From contig OZ024746.1 of assembly GCA_964016885.1 (NCBI GenBank), positions 13,702,001 through 13,766,000 on the forward strand: a stretch of 64,000 nucleotides of DNA, given 5' to 3'. Below are positions 56,811 through 64,000 of the stretch, one piece after another. Positions within the stretch are counted from its first letter, which is position 1. Each line of letters starts with the position of its first letter. A program made the position numbers and the translations under genes. Under the pieces are notes generated by a model. That model was not told the DNA's origin. It was given only the letters and a program-made list of their open reading frames with translations, and made no database searches. The DNA is from Eledone cirrhosa. Its lineage: Eukaryota.

Positions 56811-59689
56811 TTTATTAGCGTTCAAAGTAGGTGTCACAGTTGAAGGATTGATCCAGCCAACCGTTGTGGCATTGAACCCAGGACGTCACTCATCATTCGG
56901 CTACGCTGTATTCACACTCTCATGGAATATGAATTAATAACAAACAGTTTTAACCCGTTGTCAATTAAGATTATTAAATATAATAATAAAGAGAACAACA
57001 AAAACTGAGAACCTTTAAATAAAGAAAAGGAGTCAGAAGTCAGAACTAATTGAAAATCTTTTTTCTGAAAAGGACAGCATAATGAAAATAATGAATAGGA
57101 AAATAATGAAAGTTAATTTAAAGAGACATGTGTAGAGAAACAATTGAAATCACGGAAGAGCCTAGCAGATGATGGCTTTTTCTATAAAGGAAATTGAAGA
57201 GAAAGAATTTATGGCTTGGTAGATGAAACTTGACTATATTATAACTCACAATGGATATGTCTTCACAAAAATGAGAAAAACTAGACTGTTGCTAGTTAGT
57301 TATAAGAAAGCACAACCATGTTTAACGACAGCCTTTAGTTAATTTCTATTAATATGCTGTGGTTGGAGAAGTCAATGTGCCAAGTTGATTGGTATTAAGG
57401 GTTAAGGACTGATTGCCTGTCAAATTACAAAGCCAGCAAAGTGATTAAACATGAACTAGTAGCACAGAAGGAAAGACATTTGTACTGTGTTAGAACATTC
57501 CTGATTAACAGCTCTGTCTTATCAGTAGTAAGATTAAAACAGAGAAATTTAGTAGTTGTCTTGGTGAGTCTTAAAGGTACAAGGCTTTGTCAAATTATAA
57601 AGAACTATTATAAAAATTACAGACACCATGACAACGCTGTGGGCTGCTTCACAAAAAGAAAAAAAATCACCACCATTAATGTAATACATCATTATATATT
57701 ATATATCTATCACAGAGACAGTGTTTCTAATATCTTGTTTGTATTACAACCGGCCTCTATGATTTATTTTCCGATGCAATCCTTGTTCAACATTTGATCG
57801 ATTTACTGAAAACAAAGTGAATATAGAAGAAAACCATGACCAGTTTACCATATTCCCAGAAAAGATAGATTTGATTAAGGAGAGAGCCCCCAAAACATGA
57901 GAAAATAAAGGGTTATCAAGCTGTTGGATATATTAATAATGGTTCCGTCAAGATAACGTTAAAACAGCTATACACTTATATGAATATTGATTTTGAACAT
58001 TGGCACAAAACCACACGATTTGGGCGAAGGGTATATTCGATTAAATCAACCCCATTACTTGACTGATATTTCATTCTATCGACCTTCGAAGGATGAAACA
58101 TGAAGAATGATTTCATGAACCAATTATTGTAGAAGCGGAGTATAGTCAATTGAATCTAACCCAGAAAAATCATTTTTCCAATCTCAAGCAATGGATTGAT
58201 GCAGACATACATCATGATTGTGTTCTAAGCTCGCAAAATTATACTAGAACAAAGAAAATATAGCAATCTAATCTCTCTACATGTAATAAATCAATTTCTA
58301 ACATTGCATTGCTGTAGAAATATTGATAATATTTGGTTTATACTTGATTAGACAGTAGAAAATATCTGAAGCAAACCCAGTTAACACTAAATCTCAAATA
58401 CAGACAGAGGAACAAAACAACAGACCTGAAAGAGCTAGAATGATATTGTAAGAGTTGTAACTGGAAATTTCAGTAAATATTTATGAGAGAATGTTCACAA
58501 ATATATACCTTAAATAACTGGATATATTTATCTTAATGAAGGGTTATTGATACCATTGCTTGTACATCAACTGAAAGGTGTGTAGACTATAGTTGGTCAA
58601 AGGCTTGAGAGCAATGTTAAAAATATATACAATGTAATTAAAGATCAGGAAGTAACCACCAAATATCTTATGTCCCTATATCTTATGTGAAAGACTAGTA
58701 ACTGTATGTTGTATCATACGTCATATAGAGGGCGCTTTGTAGAAAGTACAGTCAAGAAGATTGATTTATAAGTTACAGTGGTGTGGAAGGATGAAAAAAA
58801 CATACCTATTACAATATCACAATATGCACACACACACACACACACACACATACAGAACTGTTCTAGTTTATATATTTTTACCAAGGTTCTTTTTTTAAAA
58901 AATAATTTCGTACGACTAAAGTTCCAAATATATCTTCATAATGTCTATGTCTTCACTGTTTTGTCTTCTGGATGAAGTGGTATTAATGTAGGCTGGGCAA
59001 ATGTTCGTAATATTAACGCCAGGTTTCTAAATTTTGACCTTTAGTTTTATACATCATCAGTCAGGGAGTTTTCTATTGTTGTTTGTTATGTTATCTTTGT
59101 ATATTTATTTTAGTAGCGTCCTTTACTTGAGTAGCGTATGATGTGTGTATATCTTAGCATTGTTATAAGTATTGATCCCACCATTAATAATACGTTTCAG
59201 TGGAGAATTCTGTATAGGATAGACGTGCTGTTTACTGAAATTTTCCACACATTTGTTTTGCATTGTATAATGTAGTACATTTTAATTACACCCTATTGTA
59301 AATGCTTAGTGTATCGACAGGAAAATGTCGCATATATTCATAGACGACAGGATTCTACACAGTTTACATTTAAGAAATTCTATTCGCGAGGCATTGTGAA
59401 TAGAATTTGCCAGATGGAGAATATCACAGCGCTTTCTACTATATTCGAGATTGTACTAGAAAACAATCGTCTAAGATGTCACTCAGTAGAATTAAACCCG
59501 CTCTCTTCGTAATCACAAAGCCATGAACCACCTTTCTACATACACATTCACCATACTCGCTTGCAGACGAACATGAATCCACAGTGAATTAGTATTGATG
59601 GAGTCGTAGGGGCGCCGTAATAACATGAGGTGGTGTGTCTTGGGCATTTTATACCTGTCCGAACCCATCCCTCTCTCAGTCAGAAAACA

Positions 59690-59860
59690 ACCAAGGAAGA
59701 ATCGACCCAGTTTTGGGCTGGTATTTAAACATTTTTTTTTTATTGAATTCGAAAGGTTCAAAGGCAATGTTAAACTCGGTAGGATTTAAACTCAGGGCTT
59801 AGAGATCCGGAACGAATACCGCAAAGTTTTCTATCCGACCTTCTAACGACTCTGCCACTT
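59690..59860 (-). mobile_element. Old SINE family A-related copy
   Basis: aaaggcaatgttaaactcggtaggatttaaactcag...cgactctgcca. Confidence 0.6.
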
Positions 59861-59934
59861 GGTAACCTTGACTAATAAATAGTATTATTGCTGAATAAAC
59901 TAGTAGGAAGGGTAAATGTTCATTGAGACCAATT

Positions 59935-60350
59935 ACTGTATGAGTTAAAACATATATTGTATGAATTTACACATGCACACATACACACATACTTACAAAC
60001 ACACACATATATGTACGCATGGACGCATGGACACACGAACGCATGCACACACACATACGCACACCATACACACACTCACACCACACACACACTTACGCAC
60101 ACCATACACACACTCACACGCACACGCACACCATACACACAATCACACCACACACACACACACACACACACATGCACACGCACGCATGGACACACACGTA
60201 CCCCCACGTACTCTTCCTTACAATTACAGTCTCTACCGCCACCAAGACCTCCACCTCCCCACACATACACCCCCTCCACACTCTCACACACACACGGATA
60301 CATACGCACGCACAAACACACACACACACTTGCACACATATATGTATTCA
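59935..60350 (+). mobile_element. Microsatellite-containing interspersed repeat, second copy
   Basis: acatatattgtatgaatttacac ... acccccacgtactc...ttacagtctctaccgccacc. Confidence 0.65.
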
Positions 60351-60719
60351 CACATAGCTTTTATTTGAAGCTAATCTCTTTTGCTAATTAGAAAAAAAAA
60401 ACGTCATTCGTCTGAAAACTTTCGGTTTTCTTTGAATCAGATAGTTAAGACAAATGGAATTTTCCAGAAGCTTGAAGGTCATTGACAACATCGTTCGAAT
60501 CATCATTAGTCACCCTCTCCCCCATTCAAATACGATTATGTTTCACAGAAGAATTGGCGTTATCAAAATTATCTTTCTCGAAGACATTTTTTCCTACTCA
60601 TGAGCTTCTCAACTAAACGTATTAAAAAGCTGACACATTTGAATATGTGTATATCGCATTTTGCCTCCCTAACTATCAATTATCCATCTACTTAGCAGTT
60701 TGCTCACTTACTTTCTTTC

Positions 60720-60910
60720 GTATGTATGTATGTATGTATGTATGTATGTATGTATGTATGTATGTATGTATGTATGTATGTATGTATGTATGTATGTATG
60801 TATGTATGTTGTGTGTGTGTGTGTGTATTTATATATATATATATTTATATATGTATTTCTCTCTCTCTCTCTCTCTATATATATATTTTTTTTATTTAAT
60901 ATATATATAT
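60720..60910. repeat. (TATG)n compound microsatellite
   Basis: Direct inspection. Confidence 0.95.
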
Positions 60911-61400
60911 GTATTTCTTTATCTGTCTGTCTATCTAGCACCCCTCCCTCTTTTCTTTCTCCCTCTCCTTTCATCCATCCTCGAAACATTTTCGTTCCAC
61001 TGTTATTCAATTACTTGACTTTCATACTGGTAAATGGCTGGAAGTCTTTCAACGATGTGAAGTTGAGGCAGGTAATTTTAAATGTAATTTCTCTGAATCT
61101 CAACAAGAAATCACCATACAGACTTCTAATACTCTCTTCTCTATTCCAATCATAAAAAAAAATTGAGCCATTTTCTTATAGCCAATAACTGCAAAATCTA
61201 TTGCACGGAAGACTCAACCATCGGGAATTGGCAGTAAACCAGAGCCAATAAGATAAAAAAGAAAAAAAACCCTGCGTGTTCGGCATGTAACAGGTATGAT
61301 CACTACCTCCTTAGGCTCTCCATTACCAAAATTGTTAATAATCTATTTAGTTATTTACTTGTATTATCGATTTCATTTGACTGGACACACACATATATAT

Positions 61401-61591
61401 AACGAAGGAAATGTGGTAAGGAGCCAGGTGAACCATAACGCACCAGAGTACTCAATACTTAGGGTAGTAGAGTGGGTAATAGGAAATTGTTCAAGACCCC
61501 GACGGCAGAGCTCAAGCCGTTTCGACGGCTATTTCTGGACTCAGAAATAACCGTCGAAACGGCTTAAGCTCTGCCGTCGGGGTCTTGAACA

Positions 61592-61598
<7 letters not shown>
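61401..61598. mobile_element. Fold-back element family F copy
   Basis: Body plus hairpin 61480-61598 with GACT loop and about 3 mismatches; TA-flanked. Confidence 0.85.
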
Positions 61599-61627
<29 letters not shown>

Positions 61628-61794
61628 AATATATATAATAGGAATTTAGTTCGATATAATGGTAGATGCATAGAAGTCCAAGACTCCTCAATGAAACAGA
61701 TGTGAACAAGCCCTTATCAGAGCAAACTCTTGAACGATAAATGTCATGGAGCAACATTACGCGTATATATATATATATATATATACAAAAAAGA

Positions 61795-61901
61795 TGAGAA
61801 GAAAGAAGAATACTGCGTGGTTTGCACATGGGTTACATATGATAAAAATAGTCCTTCGTTAGTGATTTTCCAACCATCATTGGTATTACATCGCATTAAA
61901 A

Positions 61902-61952
<51 letters not shown>

Positions 61953-62710
61953 TCGGTTTGCTTTTATCCTTCTCTGTTGTTTACTTGTCCCACTCGCTTT
62001 ACGCGACTCACTTGTCCCAATAGCTTTTTTTAGTTATTGCTCGCACCAACCTGAGGTATATGATTTTTAATGCGATGAAATACCAATGATGGTTGGAAAA
62101 TCACTGACGAGGGACTAATTTTATAATATGTAACCCATGTGCAACCACGCAGTATTCCTCTTTCTTCTCATGTTTTTTATACATATTTACCTCGGCTGCG
62201 TTTGTCTGTTTCTCTCTTTCTCTCTTACTGCTCCCCCGTTCTCTCTGTTTCTCTCACCTTTTTTCGCCCCCTCTGTCAGTTACACTTTCTCTCGACTGAC
62301 CTCTTCCTCGCACTTCCACTCGCCCACTCACTGTTTCTTCCCTTCTCACTTCCTCCCGTTTGGTTGGTAGTGGGGTTCTTTCTTGCTCACATCTCACTCA
62401 CGTCGGACGGTCTATATTCTGAACGCTCATGAAATTCACCCAGCTTATGCTGACCGGATAAACATGTTGCTTGTTTTTTTCCCTATCTTCGGTTTGCTTT
62501 TATCCTTCTATGTTGTTTACTTGTCTCACTCGCTTTACGCGACTCACTTGTCCCAATAGCTTTTTTTAGTTATTGTTCGCACCAACCTGAGGTATATGAT
62601 TTTTAATGCGATAAAATAACAATGATGGTTGGCAAATCACTAACGAGGGACTAATTTTATAATATGTAACCCATGTGCAACCACGCAGTATTCCTCTTTC
62701 TTCTCATGTT

Positions 62711-62712
<2 letters not shown>
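61795..62712. mobile_element. Element with two ~225-bp direct repeats and an upstream partial inverted copy (PLE/retrozyme-like layout)
   Basis: 61950-62175 ~ 62487-62712; 61795-61910 is the reverse complement of 62058-62170; bounded by (TA)n. Confidence 0.7.
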
Positions 62713-62805
<93 letters not shown>

Positions 62806-62843
62806 CATAAATATATATATATATATCTCTCTCTCTATATATA

Positions 62844-62912
<69 letters not shown>

Positions 62913-63077
62913 GTATATATATATGTATATATATAAATATATATATGTATATATATATATATATCTACATATATGTCCTCCATCAGATAAAGAATGAGAA
63001 ATAAGATAGATTGAGGGGACGGGGGCGGGTTGGAATTGGAAAAAATACATATATATATATCGTCTTTTTCTCCCTGT

Positions 63078-63135
<58 letters not shown>

Positions 63136-63685
63136 AGATAAGTAGAACAAGTAAAATTCAACCAATTTTTCAAAATAAATCAAAATTAATATACAATTAA
63201 AATTAATCAAAATTAAAAAATATAATATAAATATTTACCTATTCAAATGGCCCTAACTGTACAGTTTCACGGTGCAAAACATTAAATATCACCAGGATAT
63301 TAATGGAAAAGCAACGATCATCAGAGAAGCATTTTCCTGTCCTAGGGTTAAAAACCCCAGGAACGACAAAATATATGACCTCACTCCAACTAATACAGGT
63401 CTGAAAGGTCGTGAAAGTGACCCGTAAATACATTGGTGTATAGTGAAGGCGGGAAATCGTAGACTAGCCGTCTATGATCGCCACTAAAAAAAGATTTTTA
63501 GCAACTAAATAGAACGACAAAGATTTATCTCTACATACTGGAGATTATTGAATAAGGTTAATATATATCTGAGGGTACAATGTACCCCCGGAAATATATA
63601 GTGTGTCTATGATTTAAGGTGGTTCTATGGTAATAATTTGATATACCAGAACTTAATATCAAGATAAGCAGAAATATATATATAT

Positions 63686-63918
63686 GAAAAGATTCAGAAC
63701 CCCGACGGTTGAGCTCCGGCCGTTTCACCAGAGCTAGATCCGAACTAAAACGCCAGTATTCGAACGACGGGAATCTAGTTGAACTTATCAAGGGGTATAA
63801 TCCATATATGGGCAGCCAGTCAAAGCAAAAAATCTTAACACTTTCAGGTCCCACTCTACTACCCCAAGTATCAAGTACTCTGGTGAGTAATGGTCTACTT
63901 GGTTTTTACCACACCCTA

Positions 63919-63922
<4 letters not shown>
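63686..63922. mobile_element. Diverged family F copy with the hairpin replaced by unrelated sequence
   Basis: Starts gaaaagattcagaaccccgacgg; ends cccactctactaccccaagtatcaagtactctggtg...ttaccacac; TA-flanked. Confidence 0.7.
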
Positions 63923-63960
<38 letters not shown>

Positions 63961-64000
63961 CGATCTAGCAGAATACATACATACTTACATACATACATAC

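Noticed and set aside
56950-57405. piggyBac MITE (TTAA-CCC...GGG-TTAA)
   Set aside because: Terminal complementarity beyond 3 bp is poor

Overview
AT-rich eukaryotic DNA that is very dense in microsatellites, with no convincing host protein-coding exon. Almost all of the supplied ORFs are translations of (TA)n, (CA)n, (TATC)n and similar repeats. The repeat content resembles an octopus or other cephalopod intron or intergenic region (inference, not verified). Identifiable content: two tRNA-headed SINE families in many copies, LINE relics (RTE-type RT, CR1/L2-type RT, an L1/Tx1-type 3' end with a Cys/His motif), DNA-transposon MITEs with TIRs and TSDs, a decayed hAT transposase, and four clean minisatellite arrays (30, 40, 37 and 32 bp units). 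The most notable structure is a set of short elements lodged in (TA)n tracts that look like Penelope-like element (PLE) termini. One ~200-bp fold-back family has 8 copies whose hairpin arms co-vary copy by copy. Several unrelated families share the same TA-flanked inverted architecture. At least four minimal hammerhead-ribozyme folds are readable by eye, including U3:A8 and C4 core variants, and one lies downstream of a recognisable PLE GIY-YIG C-terminus. All family assignments are by-eye motif recognition; no searches were run.
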